From assembly GCA_001777915.1 (NCBI GenBank), contig MFFN01000007.1, positions 4,807 through 68,806 of the forward strand: a stretch of DNA of 64,000 nt, in the 5' to 3' direction. The notes under the pieces were generated by a model. It saw only the letters and a program-made list of their open reading frames with translations. It was not told the DNA's origin and did no database searches. The position numbers and the translations under genes are program-made. This DNA is from Candidatus Edwardsbacteria bacterium RifOxyA12_full_54_48 (lineage in GTDB: Bacteria; Edwardsbacteria; AC1; EtOH8). Positions 35,260 to 44,304 of the stretch are shown here, piece after piece (within the stretch, counting starts at the first letter, position 1; each line of letters begins with the position of its first letter).

Positions 35260-35958
35260 ATGGAAATAAAAGGCTTCATCGAAACATCGCTGATCGACTG
35301 GGACGGAAAGATCGTCTCGGTCCTTTTTCTTCCCGGCTGCAACTTCCGCTGTCCGTTCTGCCACAATCATGTTTTGGTCAAGCACCCGGAGCAGATCGCC
35401 GACGTCCCCTGGAAACGCATAGAAACGTTTTTAAAGGGCAAGAAGGGCTGGATAGACGGGGTGGTGATCACCGGGGGTGAGCCCACCATCCACCAGGATC
35501 TGATGCCCCTGCTGACGAAACTGAAGGAAATGGGCCTGCCGGCCAAATTAGACACCAACGGCAGCAACCCGGCCCTGTTAAGGGAGATAATAGACCTGGG
35601 CCTGGTAAAATTCATCGCCATGGACATCAAGGCCTCTTTCGACGGATCCTATGACCGGGCCTGCGGGGTTGCCGTAAACAAAGAGAATATCAGGGAAAGC
35701 ATCGGCCTGATCATGTCCTCCGGCCTGGAGTATGAGTTCCGCACCACCATTGTTCCGCAATATCACGATCTGGATTCGGTTGAAAATATGGCAAAAGAGA
35801 TAAAAGGGGCAAAAAAGTGGGTTTTACAGCAGTTTGTCCAAACCAATGCCGACGACGAGGGGCTACGTAGTCTGCCGCCATATGATGAGGAATACCTGGA
35901 GGAGATGAAAAAGAGGGCGAAAGGATTGGTGGAAAGGGTGGTTTTAAGGGGAATATAA
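35260..35958 (+). CDS. nrdG: anaerobic ribonucleotide reductase activating protein (radical SAM)
   Basis: CNFRCPFCHN (CX3CX2C), GVVITGGEPT, typical size. Confidence 0.85.
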   Translation: MEIKGFIETSLIDWDGKIVSVLFLPGCNFRCPFCHNHVLVKHPEQIADVPWKRIETFLKGKKGWIDGVVITGGEPTIHQDLMPLLTKLKEMGLPAKLDTNGSNPALLREIIDLGLVKFIAMDIKASFDGSYDRACGVAVNKENIRESIGLIMSSGLEYEFRTTIVPQYHDLDSVENMAKEIKGAKKWVLQQFVQTNADDEGLRSLPPYDEEYLEEMKKRAKGLVERVVLRGI

Positions 35959-35980
35959 GCAATAATATCATATATAATGA

Positions 35981-36012
35981 ATAAACGCCCCGGCAGGAGC
36001 CGGGGCGTTTAT
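35981..36012. terminator. bidirectional terminator between convergent nrdG and lipoprotein genes
   Basis: ATAAACGCCCCGG-CAGGAG-CCGGGGCGTTTAT followed by TGTTTT. Confidence 0.75.
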
Positions 36013-36023
36013 TGTTTTGAAGA

Positions 36024-36425
36024 TCAATACCAGATCTTTGGGGTGGTTACGGTGAAGGTCTTATTGTAACCGTAGGCATCGGTCCCGGTAAAAGTGACCT
36101 GAACCGAGGCGCCTGCCCCCATGGCCGGATAAGTGGGGGTGAAGGTATATGAATAGACGCCGCCGCCCGGAACATAACCGGCGATATTATAGCTTTCAAC
36201 GATCGGGGTTGTTCCGACTGTATCAGTAAAGGTGGTGGTCCGCTTGTTAAGGACGGCATCAACGTAATTCATGTTCTCAAAAGACACGGTTAATATCCCG
36301 CCGCCGCCCGGAGGGTCAACATCGGTGATTATCAATTCCGGCGCCGGGGTCACAGAACTGCAACCCACAATGGTCAGCAGGGCTATGAAAATCAGGGAAA
36401 TTAACTTTTTCATGGTAACCTCCAA
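36024..36425 (-). CDS. hypothetical lipoprotein
   Basis: Signal plus lipobox LLTIVGCSS, then a beta-rich 110-aa body. No recognised family. Confidence 0.55.
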   Translation of the reverse strand: MEVTMKKLISLIFIALLTIVGCSSVTPAPELIITDVDPPGGGGILTVSFENMNYVDAVLNKRTTTFTDTVGTTPIVESYNIAGYVPGGGVYSYTFTPTYPAMGAGASVQVTFTGTDAYGYNKTFTVTTPKIWY

Positions 36426-36543
36426 AATATTTTGGTTTGTTGAATTATCCCTTTAAGTGTCCCTATCAATTGGATAGTATAGTGTAACTTAGTGATTATG
36501 TCAAGAGAAAAAATAAAAAAAAATAAAAAAATAAAAAAAGTTC

Positions 36544-36572
36544 TTGACAAATATGGACAAAATGAATAAAAT
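36544..36572 (+). promoter_or_regulatory. sigma-70-type promoter (TTGACA-17 nt-TAAAAT) preceded by an A-tract UP-like region
   Basis: TTGACA at 36544-49 and TAAAAT at 36567-72. An A-tract run lies at 36505-36540. Confidence 0.55.
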
Positions 36573-36638
36573 GTCTAAAGGTAGCTTTGTCTATAGTTAT
36601 ATATACTTACCGATACTTCATTCTTGAGCGAGGTAAAT

Positions 36639-36833
36639 ATGCCTGTATCCCCAAAAGAAATAGATTCCGGGAAATTATACACCGTCTCGGAGACTGCCAA
36701 GATCCTGGCGGTCACCGACCAGACGGTGCGCAAACATTTGGGCGTAAAAAATCTCCCGGGCAAAAAGGTCGGCCGGCGATGGCTGGTCAAGGGAAGCGAG
36801 ATCCAGAAATTTATTGGCGAATTGGGCTGGTAG
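36639..36833 (+). CDS. excisionase/MerR-type helix-turn-helix DNA-binding protein
   Basis: LYTVSETAKILAVTDQTVRKHLGVKNLPGKKVGRRWLV matches the HTH_17/excisionase-family pattern. Confidence 0.65.
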   Translation: MPVSPKEIDSGKLYTVSETAKILAVTDQTVRKHLGVKNLPGKKVGRRWLVKGSEIQKFIGELGW

Positions 36834-36892
36834 ATCGGTCTGATGAAAAATCAATTGGTTGATAATAACCGATAAAGTGAGGTAACCTCAAA

Positions 36893-37942
36893 ATGCTTTT
36901 TGGAAAAAAACCAGCCACCATAGGTTTGGACATAGGCAGCAGCCAGATAAAGATCGTCGAGATCCAGAAGACCGGCAAGGGGCTGTCGCTGGTCAATTAC
37001 GGGATCGCTCCGCTGCTGCCGGAGGCCATCGTCGAGGGCGAGATCATGGACCGGACCCTGGTGATAGACACCATCAGGACCCTTTTGGAGACCAGGCAGA
37101 TAAAAAGCAATAATGTGATAACTGCCGTCTCCGGCCGGGGCGTCATCGTCAAGCGGATCAATATGGACAAGATGAAGGAGCAGGAGGCCCGGGAGAGGAT
37201 CAAGTGGGAGGCCGAACAGCATGTGCCGTTCGAGATCTCCGATGTGGTGCTGGATTTCCAGATCATCAACCCCGATTCGGGCAACAACCAGATGGAAGTG
37301 CTGCTGGTGGCGGCCAGGAACGAGACGGTGAACGTCCATCTGGACCTGCTGTCCGGGGCCGGCTTGAACCCGATCCTGCTGGATTACGGGGCCTTTGCCG
37401 TGCAGAATGCCTTCGAGGCCAGTTACGAAATGCCGGCCGACGAGATCATAGCCCTGGTCAATATCGGGGCCGATAACACCAACATCAATTTTGTCAAGAA
37501 CGGCGTGCCCTATTTCACCCGGGACCTCCCCATGGCCAGCAACTCCTGCCTGCAACTGATGCAGAAGAACCTGGGGATCTCCTACGAGCAGGCCTCCGAG
37601 TTGATCAAGGGCGAGACGGTGTCCGACGTCAGCCAGGAATCGGCGGCCTCGGTGTTCCAGTCCTTCTCCGACGATTTTGCCTCCTCCATAGAGCGAACCC
37701 TCTCCTTCCTGGCCATGTCCGGCGGGGGAGAGAGGATGAGCCGGATATATATGTCGGGCGGCGGGGCCCTGATCCCGTCACTTCAGGATCATCTTAAGGA
37801 GAGGTTCGGGATCCCGGTGGAGATCATAAACCCGTTACAAAAGATCAGCTATGATCCGGGCCTGTTCGGAGCCGTAGCCAGCGAAAAGGTTTCCCCCATC
37901 TTGACCCTGGCCATCGGCCTGGGGCTTAGGGAGGTAAAATAA
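36893..37942 (+). CDS. pilM: type IV pilus assembly protein PilM
   Basis: Actin-like ATPase fold start IGLDIGSSQIKIVE, correct size, and position ahead of pilNOPQ. Confidence 0.85.
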   Translation: MLFGKKPATIGLDIGSSQIKIVEIQKTGKGLSLVNYGIAPLLPEAIVEGEIMDRTLVIDTIRTLLETRQIKSNNVITAVSGRGVIVKRINMDKMKEQEARERIKWEAEQHVPFEISDVVLDFQIINPDSGNNQMEVLLVAARNETVNVHLDLLSGAGLNPILLDYGAFAVQNAFEASYEMPADEIIALVNIGADNTNINFVKNGVPYFTRDLPMASNSCLQLMQKNLGISYEQASELIKGETVSDVSQESAASVFQSFSDDFASSIERTLSFLAMSGGGERMSRIYMSGGGALIPSLQDHLKERFGIPVEIINPLQKISYDPGLFGAVASEKVSPILTLAIGLGLREVK

Positions 37943-38592
37943 TGATACAGATTAATTTAATCCGGGATCGCAAGGTAGAGAGAGTGGCCGGTGCCAAACC
38001 GGCCGGAGCCGGACGCAGCTTTTCATTACCCAAGCTTCCTTTCAATGTCGGCATCTTGGCCAGCGTTCTGGGGGTGGTCATTGTGCTGGTGGTCATGGTT
38101 TTGACCATGATCTCGCAGAAGGCCAAGATAGCCAACCTGGAATCCAAGATCAAGGGTTATAATGAAGAACTTGCAAAGCTGGCCGGTCCCAAGCGGCTGG
38201 TGGATGATTATCTTAAAAAGCAGGCCGAGGTGAACACCAAGCTTAACGAAATAGCCTCCATCGACAAAACCCGGTTCTATACCGTCACTTTGTTGGATCA
38301 ATTGAGCCAGGCCCTGCCGGATTATCTCTGGCTTACCAGCATGAAGGATGACAAGGATTTGATCTCCATGGAAGGAATGACCTTCTCCAACCTTATCGTG
38401 GCTGATTTCATGGACCGCCTCAAGGGTTCGGGATATTTTTCAAATGTTGAATTAACCCAAACCACCAAAGCCACCAGCGAGGGGCGCGATCTGGTGAAAT
38501 TCTCCATCACTTCAAGATACACCGAGAACCCGAGCAAACCCGTCAGCCCTGGGGAAACGACTGGCCAAACAGCCGGAAAGGGGTCAAAATGA
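37942..38592 (+). CDS. pilN: type IV pilus assembly protein PilN
   Basis: MIQINLIRDRK start, a single TM helix, then coiled coil. ATGA overlap with pilM. Confidence 0.75.
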   Translation: MIQINLIRDRKVERVAGAKPAGAGRSFSLPKLPFNVGILASVLGVVIVLVVMVLTMISQKAKIANLESKIKGYNEELAKLAGPKRLVDDYLKKQAEVNTKLNEIASIDKTRFYTVTLLDQLSQALPDYLWLTSMKDDKDLISMEGMTFSNLIVADFMDRLKGSGYFSNVELTQTTKATSEGRDLVKFSITSRYTENPSKPVSPGETTGQTAGKGSK

Positions 38593-39188
38593 GCCTAGAT
38601 ATCAAAGATCCCAAGATACAAATAACCATCGGCTTGATACTCTTCGGGCTGATTCTAGCCGGGTTATTCTTCAAGTTCAGCTATCAGCCTTCTCAAAAAA
38701 GAATTCAAGGGCTTTCTGTCGAGGAGGCCAAGCAGCGTCAGGAGCTTGAGCAGGTCCGGGCCGCCGTGGCCAGGCTCCCCGAATTGGAGGAGCAGTACAA
38801 GGCCCTGGAGAAAAAATGGGGAAAGGCTCAGGAGTTGCTGCCCACCGATAGCGAAATTCCCAGCCTGCTTAAAAAGATCACCAATGCCGGGATCGAATCA
38901 GGGGTAAGGTTCCTGGTTTTCAAGCCGGGGAAACTGGCCTCAGCCACCCAGCTTTCAGCGGCCATCCCGGTCACCATGTCGGTAATCGGCAATTTTGATC
39001 AGATAACCACCTTTATGGCCAAGCTGGGTAATTTGTCAAGAATTATAATTTCGTCAAATATAAAAATCAATCCTAATAATGATCCGATACGTACCATTAA
39101 AGCCGATTTCACGGCCAATGCTTACGTATTCAAATCAGGAGGAGATCAAGCCAGTGCAAAAGCTAAAACTTCTCGCAAACCCAGGTAG
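38589..39188 (+). CDS. pilO: type IV pilus assembly protein PilO
   Basis: TM helix plus coiled coil, then LLPTDSEIPSLLKKITNAG. Position in the operon. Confidence 0.7.
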   Translation: MSLDIKDPKIQITIGLILFGLILAGLFFKFSYQPSQKRIQGLSVEEAKQRQELEQVRAAVARLPELEEQYKALEKKWGKAQELLPTDSEIPSLLKKITNAGIESGVRFLVFKPGKLASATQLSAAIPVTMSVIGNFDQITTFMAKLGNLSRIIISSNIKINPNNDPIRTIKADFTANAYVFKSGGDQASAKAKTSRKPR

Positions 39189-39636
39189 CCTTTTAATTAT
39201 CGTTTTGGCCCTGGCGTCTGTCGGCTATGCCGCAGACCCTCCAGCGGCTACCGGGACGATAGACCTGAAGGCGGCCGGTGAGGATACTCTTTTTAGAGCC
39301 CAGAACTATGTTTATGAACCAGCCGGACGAAGGGATCCTTTTAAATCCCTGGTCCAGAAAAAGGGCGAGGGTTCGGGGGTTACGGATGTCAGCACTCTGG
39401 ATGTGAGCAACATGACCCTCACCGGCATCATCTGGGGGCCTTCGGGAAGACTGGCTTTGATTAATGACACACAAGGCGTAGGTTATATAATCAAACCCGG
39501 GGACCAGGTGATCGGCGGAAAGGTTTTTGCCATAACCGACTCTTCGGTGGTCTTCGAACAGGGCGATCCAGGAAGCACGGTAAAGTTTGTTGTTCCGTTA
39601 ACTGAAAGTAAAAGCAAAGGGAGCAAAAGAAAATGA
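39154..39636 (+). CDS. pilP: PilP-like pilus assembly lipoprotein/secreted protein
   Basis: GTG 39154 (alternative ATG 39118) gives a signal peptide LLIIVLALASVGYA. Size and position between pilO and pilQ fit. The start is uncertain. Confidence 0.55.
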   Translation: MQKLKLLANPGSLLIIVLALASVGYAADPPAATGTIDLKAAGEDTLFRAQNYVYEPAGRRDPFKSLVQKKGEGSGVTDVSTLDVSNMTLTGIIWGPSGRLALINDTQGVGYIIKPGDQVIGGKVFAITDSSVVFEQGDPGSTVKFVVPLTESKSKGSKRK

Positions 39637-41585
39637 GCTATCATAGAAGCAACAAAATGCTGCCGTTGGCCGTTGCGGCTCTGCTGTCAGTATTTTCCCT
39701 GGCCAATGCAGCCAAAGTGCTGGATATTGCGGTCAAGAAATCCGAAGGGGTCACCCAGGTGGTGATCACCGGGGACGATATCCTTGATTCCAAGGATTTC
39801 ACCCTCAGCAATCCCGACCGGCTGGTGGTTGACATCAAGGGAGCCAGCATTGCCTTCGGCAATAAGACCATGACCGTCAACAAGGGCGGCATCACCACCA
39901 TCAGCACCAGCCAGTTCGACCGGGAGGGAGGGATCGCCAGGATCGTGATAGAGATGGGCATAAAGCCCAACTATCTGCTGATGACCGAAGAGAATGACAT
40001 CATTGTTGCCCTGACCACCAAAGACACCTCTCCCTTTGCCGAATGGAAGGCTAGCGCCGCTCCATCAGAGATGGCTGCAACGACTGCCCCCCAGACCATG
40101 GTGCCGCCCAGCATGCCGGCTCCGCCGCCTCCGATGGTTGAGGAAACACCCGCCGCTCCGGTGGTGCCGGTGACCTCCACGCCGGCTCCCTCAACGCCCA
40201 CTCTGGTGATGGAAGAACAGCCGGCGGCCCCGGTGGTGCCGATGACTTCTACGCCGTCCGCACCCAGCACCCCTCCTCCGGTTATAGAGGAAGTGCCGGC
40301 TGCTCCGATCTACGCGGCAGCGCCCACCCCTCCGGAGAAAATGGCCCTTCCTGCAACGCCGATTCAGCCCAAGGCCGCCTATGTCGAACCGCAAAAGCCA
40401 AGATACCGTTCGGCCTCCTCCGGCGGCTTGTCGGGCGGCAGGTCTGTCTCCATGGAATTGGAGAATGCTGACGTTATAACTGTTTTAAGGGCCATGGCCG
40501 AATACAGCGGCAAAAACCTGATCGTGGGCAACGATGTCAAGGGTTCGGTCAGCATGAGGCTGCATAACGTTCCCTGGGCCCGGGCCTTTGAGGAGATAGT
40601 CAAGGCTGCGGGGTTGGTGGTCGAGGAATCGGGCGGCATCATCAGGGTAATGAGCCCCAAACAGGCTACCGAAAACATGCGAATGAGAGAGCAGGGGCAG
40701 GAACTGGTCACTGTGGTATATCCCATAGAGTTTGCGGTAGCAAATGAGATCACCGGGTCCTTAAACAAGATCCTAAGCTCCCGGGGTTCCATCCAGGTTG
40801 ACAAGCGCACCAATTCTCTGGTGATCAACGAAGTGTCCTTCAAGCAGACCGAGATAGCCGAACTGATCAGATTGTTGGATACTGCCACCCAGCAGGTGGA
40901 GATCATGGCCCGGATCGTGGATGTGGATATGGACGTGACCAAGGATCTGGGGATCAACTGGAACGTCTCCAATATCGCCAGCTATGATGCCAATGCCGAG
41001 TTGCAGAACGCCAGCGTTCCCCAGCTACTGCCGGCTGGCACCAGGCCATCGATGACAGTGGGGACCATCCGCTCCTTCGCCCAGATATCGGCCACCCTGT
41101 CGGTACTGGAGGCCAAGCGCAAAGCCAACACCATCTCCAATCCCCGGATCACCACGGTCAATAATAAAGAGGCCAAGATAGTGGGCGGTAAGAAGATACC
41201 GATCTCCCTAAGGGACGAAAGCGGCAACACCGTCACCCAGATGTACACCATCGGCATGGTGCTGACCACCACCCCCCATATCAATTCCTCGGAAAATGTG
41301 ACCCTGGATGTCAAGACCGAGATCAGCGACCTGGATCCCACGGCCACCATCTTGGGCGGTGTGGTGATACTGACCAACGAGGCCAGCACCCAGATAGTGC
41401 TGAACGACGGGGAGACGGCAGTGATCGGCGGATTGTTGCAGACCAAGGCCGGCAAATCCCAGAGCGGCATTCCCATTCTGATGGATATCCCGTTCATCGG
41501 CGCCCTGTTCAGATCTACCACCACCTCAACCGCCAAGCGTGAGATCCTGATATTCCTGACGCCCCATATTATAAAATCAAAATAA
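39633..41585 (+). CDS. pilQ: type IV pilus secretin PilQ (AMIN domain, Pro-rich linker, secretin domain)
   Basis: AMIN-like N-terminus (VVITGDD...RLVVDIKGA). C-terminal secretin core (NDGETAVIGGL...GIPILMDIPFIGALFR...EILIFLTPHII). Confidence 0.85.
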   Translation: MSYHRSNKMLPLAVAALLSVFSLANAAKVLDIAVKKSEGVTQVVITGDDILDSKDFTLSNPDRLVVDIKGASIAFGNKTMTVNKGGITTISTSQFDREGGIARIVIEMGIKPNYLLMTEENDIIVALTTKDTSPFAEWKASAAPSEMAATTAPQTMVPPSMPAPPPPMVEETPAAPVVPVTSTPAPSTPTLVMEEQPAAPVVPMTSTPSAPSTPPPVIEEVPAAPIYAAAPTPPEKMALPATPIQPKAAYVEPQKPRYRSASSGGLSGGRSVSMELENADVITVLRAMAEYSGKNLIVGNDVKGSVSMRLHNVPWARAFEEIVKAAGLVVEESGGIIRVMSPKQATENMRMREQGQELVTVVYPIEFAVANEITGSLNKILSSRGSIQVDKRTNSLVINEVSFKQTEIAELIRLLDTATQQVEIMARIVDVDMDVTKDLGINWNVSNIASYDANAELQNASVPQLLPAGTRPSMTVGTIRSFAQISATLSVLEAKRKANTISNPRITTVNNKEAKIVGGKKIPISLRDESGNTVTQMYTIGMVLTTTPHINSSENVTLDVKTEISDLDPTATILGGVVILTNEASTQIVLNDGETAVIGGLLQTKAGKSQSGIPILMDIPFIGALFRSTTTSTAKREILIFLTPHIIKSK

Positions 41586-41600
41586 CAGCCCAGAGCCTAA

Positions 41601-41638
41601 AAAAGAATCGTCCCGAACTGCTTCGGGACGATTCTTTT
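41601..41638. terminator. bidirectional terminator between pilQ and rpsT
   Basis: AAAAGAATCGTCCCGAA-CTGC-TTCGGGACGATTCTTTT, a 17-bp stem. Confidence 0.8.
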
Positions 41639-41655
41639 ATGAAATATAGATATGT

Positions 41656-41931
41656 TTATTCGGGCTGCTTTTTATTTACGGTCTTGGCCAAACGCGATTT
41701 CTGGCGGGCGGCGGTTCTTTTATGGATGGTGCCTTTCTTGGCGGCCAGATCTATCTCTGAATAGGCCGTTGACAGCAATTCGGGGGTTTTTCCCTCAACC
41801 TTGAATTTCTTGACCACCTTGCGCATCTTGGATTTTACGGCCGAGTTGCTTTTTCTGCGGGCCAAAGCCTGGCGGGCTCTTTTTGTAACCGAACTTTTTT
41901 TCTTCTTAACCACCTTTTTGATCTCTGCCAC
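41656..41931 (-). CDS. rpsT: 30S ribosomal protein S20
   Basis: Basic 91-aa protein with KRARQALARRKSNSAVKSKMR...IHKRTAARQKSRLAK. Confidence 0.85.
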   Translation of the reverse strand: MAEIKKVVKKKKSSVTKRARQALARRKSNSAVKSKMRKVVKKFKVEGKTPELLSTAYSEIDLAAKKGTIHKRTAARQKSRLAKTVNKKQPE

Positions 41932-42066
41932 TTTAATTCCTCCAAATTTTATATGTTGTTGATAATTTTATGCTTTACAAACATATAAAAATATCATATC
42001 ATTCATATAAAAGTCAAGCATTATATTTAAAATACAACCGGAAGCGAAAATTAAAGGACATGCTTA

Positions 42067-42780
42067 ATGGATAGAAATGAAGCCAAAAGGGTGATTGAGG
42101 CCCTGCTATTCGCCACCGATACGCCGATAGCTCCGTCAAAATTAAAGTCCCTGCTGGGGGAGTTGGACCAAAAAATACTTCGGCAGCTGATGACCGAGCT
42201 TAAGGTTGAATACGAGCGCGACGGCCATAGCTTTTCCCTGGTGGAGGTGGCCGGCGGATTTCAGATATATACCCGCCCGGAATACGCCAAATGGGTTCAG
42301 GAACTTTTCCGGGGCAAAAGGGCCTCCCGGCTGACGGCGGCGGCTCTGGAGACGCTGGCCATCATAGCCTACAAACAACCCATTATCAGGGGGGATATAG
42401 AGGCTATCCGCGGGGTCAATGTCGACGGGGTGATGTCCACCCTGGCCGAGCGCAATTTGGTGGCGGTGGTGGGCCGTGACGAGCGTCCCGGGAAGCCGAT
42501 ATTGTACGGCACCACCCCGGAGTTCCTGCGGTATTTCGGCCTGGCCACCCTCTCGGACCTGCCAAAAATAGAGGAATTGGAAGAATATCTGAAGGAAAAA
42601 GAAGAGGAGCGGGAAAAGATAGATCAGGAGATAGACGCCGAACTGAGGAAGGACCAGATCCCGAACCACGGGGTGCAGGAGGAAGTGGCCTTCGATAAGA
42701 CGGAAGGGGGTCAGGAGCCGGTGCCGGATGAACCCATCCAGCAGGATACTATTCCCGGCCCGGCCGACCCCGTTGAATAG
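42067..42780 (+). CDS. scpB: segregation and condensation protein B
   Basis: IEALLFATDTPI start, tandem wHTH layout (AALETLAIIAYKQPIIRGDIEAIRGV), acidic tail. Confidence 0.8.
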   Translation: MDRNEAKRVIEALLFATDTPIAPSKLKSLLGELDQKILRQLMTELKVEYERDGHSFSLVEVAGGFQIYTRPEYAKWVQELFRGKRASRLTAAALETLAIIAYKQPIIRGDIEAIRGVNVDGVMSTLAERNLVAVVGRDERPGKPILYGTTPEFLRYFGLATLSDLPKIEELEEYLKEKEEEREKIDQEIDAELRKDQIPNHGVQEEVAFDKTEGGQEPVPDEPIQQDTIPGPADPVE

Positions 42781-42805
42781 CTGCCCAAGGGGGCTAGATC
42801 ACCAG

Positions 42806-43612
42806 TTAGGTCCGTTTGTCGAGGATAGCCAGTTTCTTTAGTTTTGACGGGGAGCCCTCTTCCACGGCGCAGTCCAAATCATGAATGCGGAATTTTTCCC
42901 CGGGCAGGGGTATCCGTTGCAGTTTTTCCAGAATATATCCCGCTAGCGTATGGGCCTGGCTTTCCATGTTTAGTTTGAACAACTCCTGAAATTTGTCCAA
43001 AGGGATACCGGCGTCCACCAGGTAATGGCCATTCTCCATCAGCCGGTATTGTCGGAGCTCCACATTATACTCGTCATAAAGCTCCCCGACTATTTGTTCC
43101 ACCAGGTCCTCGGTGGTTATCATCCCCGACGGGATGCCGTACTCATCTATGGTGATGGCGATCGAGATATTGCGTTTTTGGAATTCCGACAGGGCCTGGG
43201 CCACTTTCATAGTCTGGGGAAAATAATTGGGCAGACGAATGAATTCCACGGCCCTTATATTTTTGGCCGAACGATGCCAGAAACGCAACAACTCTTTTAC
43301 GTGTATGATCCCGATGATATTATCCTGATCGGTGTCATATACCGGAAGGCGCGAGAAACCCCATTGTAAAAACGCGTCCACGATCTGGCCCATGGTGGCC
43401 GAGGCTTCCAGGCACACCATCTGCGATTTTGGTATCATGATAGAGGATATCGGGGTATCGGCCAGGTTCAGTATCCTCCGCATCATGGACCCCTCCTCCT
43501 TGGAGAGGACCTGATGCTGCATGGCGCGGGTCAGCAGGGCCTGCAGTTGATGGTGGGACAGCTCCGGCTGGCGCTTGAAATATTTATGTATGATCTTTAG
43601 AATATCAGACAT
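42806..43612 (-). CDS. CBS-pair + CorC/HlyC transporter-associated domain protein (CorC-like)
   Basis: Two CBS motifs, then a C-terminal CorC_HlyC-like region (TLAGYILEKLQRIPLPGEKF). There is no DUF21 membrane domain. Confidence 0.7.
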   Translation of the reverse strand: MSDILKIIHKYFKRQPELSHHQLQALLTRAMQHQVLSKEEGSMMRRILNLADTPISSIMIPKSQMVCLEASATMGQIVDAFLQWGFSRLPVYDTDQDNIIGIIHVKELLRFWHRSAKNIRAVEFIRLPNYFPQTMKVAQALSEFQKRNISIAITIDEYGIPSGMITTEDLVEQIVGELYDEYNVELRQYRLMENGHYLVDAGIPLDKFQELFKLNMESQAHTLAGYILEKLQRIPLPGEKFRIHDLDCAVEEGSPSKLKKLAILDKRT

Positions 43613-44261
43613 CTTGGTCCAGGGAGGTTAGTATTTTCAGCCCCTGAGGCGAGACCATGCCCCCCGAAACTATTAATTTTATGGCTTCCTCCACGGTAAG
43701 GCTTACCCGGAACAGCCGCTTCAGGGGAACGACCATCACCCGGCCTCCGGTGGGATTGGGGGTGTTGGGCAGGTAAACCGAGTAACCCTTTTGATCCTGC
43801 TGCATATCCCACAGGACCTCCGAGGTGAGAAAGCCCAAGGCATAGGTGCCGGGGCGGGGGTACTCCACCGCCACCACTTCACGGAAGGCATATTTGTTGG
43901 TGAAGAAATTATCGGTGAACTGCCGGGTGGTGCCGTAGATTATTCTGACCAGGGGGATCCTGGTCAGAATATTCTCCCAGAACCTCAATAGGCGCCTTCC
44001 CAGCAGGTGCGAGGCCAGCAGGCCCACCAGGTAGATCAGGCCGACCAATAAAATAAAACCGATGCCCCAGCGGGCGATCTGGGGAAGGGTCTGGAGATAG
44101 GGGATGTAGATCAGCAGTTCGCCGAACAACCGCCCGCTCCATTTGAACAGCTGCCAGCAGAGATAGGCGGTCAGCCCCACCGGCAGTATGGCCACCAGGC
44201 CGGCCAGGAAGTTGTTCTTGAAACGGCCCTGGGCCGTTTTGGGCGGTGATAAAATATCCAT
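43605..44261 (-). CDS. DUF502-family membrane protein
   Basis: Two N-terminal TM helices, then VEYPRPGTYALGFLT and a GGRVMVVP-like core, as remembered for DUF502. Confidence 0.6.
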   Translation of the reverse strand: MDILSPPKTAQGRFKNNFLAGLVAILPVGLTAYLCWQLFKWSGRLFGELLIYIPYLQTLPQIARWGIGFILLVGLIYLVGLLASHLLGRRLLRFWENILTRIPLVRIIYGTTRQFTDNFFTNKYAFREVVAVEYPRPGTYALGFLTSEVLWDMQQDQKGYSVYLPNTPNPTGGRVMVVPLKRLFRVSLTVEEAIKLIVSGGMVSPQGLKILTSLDQDV

Positions 44262-44304
44262 ATCTCAAAAATATCATAAAAAATCAATAAGGTCAAGAAA
44301 TATT

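Noticed and set aside
36505-36540. An A-rich quasi-repeat (AAAAAATAAAAAAAAATAAAAAAATAAAAAAA) considered as a microsatellite or phase-variation tract.
   Set aside because: It sits immediately upstream of a good -35 element, where A-tracts act as UP-like elements. It is not within or adjacent to a coding start where length changes would switch expression.
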